DNA of 64,000 bases from Nymphaea colorata. Lineage: Eukaryota. The stretch is from positions 16,740,001-16,804,000 of the forward strand of contig NC_045138.2 of assembly GCF_008831285.2 (NCBI RefSeq), in the 5' to 3' direction. Made by a program: the position numbers and the translations under genes. Under the pieces are notes generated by a model. The model was not told the origin of the DNA. It saw only the letters and a list, made by a program, of their open reading frames with translations, and made no database searches. Positions 63,249 through 64,000 of this stretch are shown here, one piece after another. Position 1 is the stretch's first letter. Every line of letters begins with the position of its first letter.

Positions 63249-63749
63249 AGGCTGTTAAGGTGATGCCTCTGTGTTCGGCTGCATGGTCCCCTAGCCCATT
63301 AATGTATTCAAGGTGTTTTCACATGAAAGTTTGGTGTAATCCTGCTCGCTTAAACGTTCTGTAAAGAGGGATCCACAATTTGCTTCTACTCGCATTTCTA
63401 CTATCTCTGTTTGCATTTTCCTGTTTCTCTTTACTGATTCGAATTAGGAGCCATTAGTCCATTGGCTTCTTCAAGTTTCTGATGTGAAAGTTCCAAAATG
63501 AGGAGAAAAGTCACATGCCCTTGAGTTTGTTACTTTGACATCCCTCGGTTGATCTCTGTCAATCATTTTGGCACAAGCAGCTCAAATCGACATTCTTCTC
63601 ATTTTGCTTACTAGGGCACGGCAGCACCCCAATTTGTTTGAGGTGTTTGAATAGCTTAAGTTATGCAGTTAAATTGCAAAGTAATTTAGATATGAAAAGT
63701 GATGATTAATTTCCGGTATTCTCGTTTTATATTCTGATACCCTTGTCTC

Positions 63750-64000
63750 TTAATATGGAAGCCACTCGTAATTGATCCTCCTCTTGTTAAAGAGGAAAAT
63801 CACAGGTATGTACATCTGTGCAGATGGCAGTGGAGAGTCGGAAATTTCGCTGGAAGGGGCATTAATATGTACATTTTAATCGAGAAAAACACTAAAAATG
63901 TGAAAATATGTACTTATATAGGGTTTTCCGCCACTAGGACTTTGTGGAAGATAGAAGCCTAAAACTTACCGCTGACTGCCTCCAACCCTGGACTCCAACG
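63750..64000 (-). CDS. Probable last two coding exons of an unidentified convergent gene (partial, runs off the window)
   Basis: Minus-strand donor G|GTAAGT at 63969 and acceptor CCCCTTCCAG at 63850 (120-nt intron). Longest joined frame ...LESRVGGSQR/EISDSPLPSAQMYIPVIFLFNKRRINYEWLPY* with stop at 63750-63752. Frame and identity not confirmed. Confidence 0.5.

Overview
Flowering-plant nuclear genomic DNA with AT-rich introns and GT-AG spliced genes. Four intron-containing genes were reconstructed by hand on the + strand: a proteasome assembly chaperone 4 (PAC4/PSMG4)-like gene (345-3734), a plant Tudor/Agenet-domain gene (15340-34693), a c-Myc-binding protein (MYCBP/AMY-1) homologue (38840-42614) and a MATH/TRAF-domain gene of the TRAF1/MUSE13-14 type (48607-63248). 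The probable 3' end of a fifth, convergent gene lies at the right edge. The Agenet gene carries two related, complete Ty1/copia LTR retrotransposons in antisense in consecutive introns, either side of a 94-bp exon. One is very young (LTRs identical by eye, one homopolymer frameshift); the other is older and decayed. Introns and intergenic DNA also hold a family of hAT-like non-autonomous elements with 8-bp TSDs, Tourist-like MITEs, retroelement remnants and many short tandem duplications. I found no clearly new gene system. The most interesting signals are features shared by the two copia elements: a protease-spanning intron giving a short Gag, a splice donor just after the PBS followed by a telomere-like (CCCTAA) leader array, and two LTR hairpins. 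All coordinates and comparisons were made by eye, without alignment tools.
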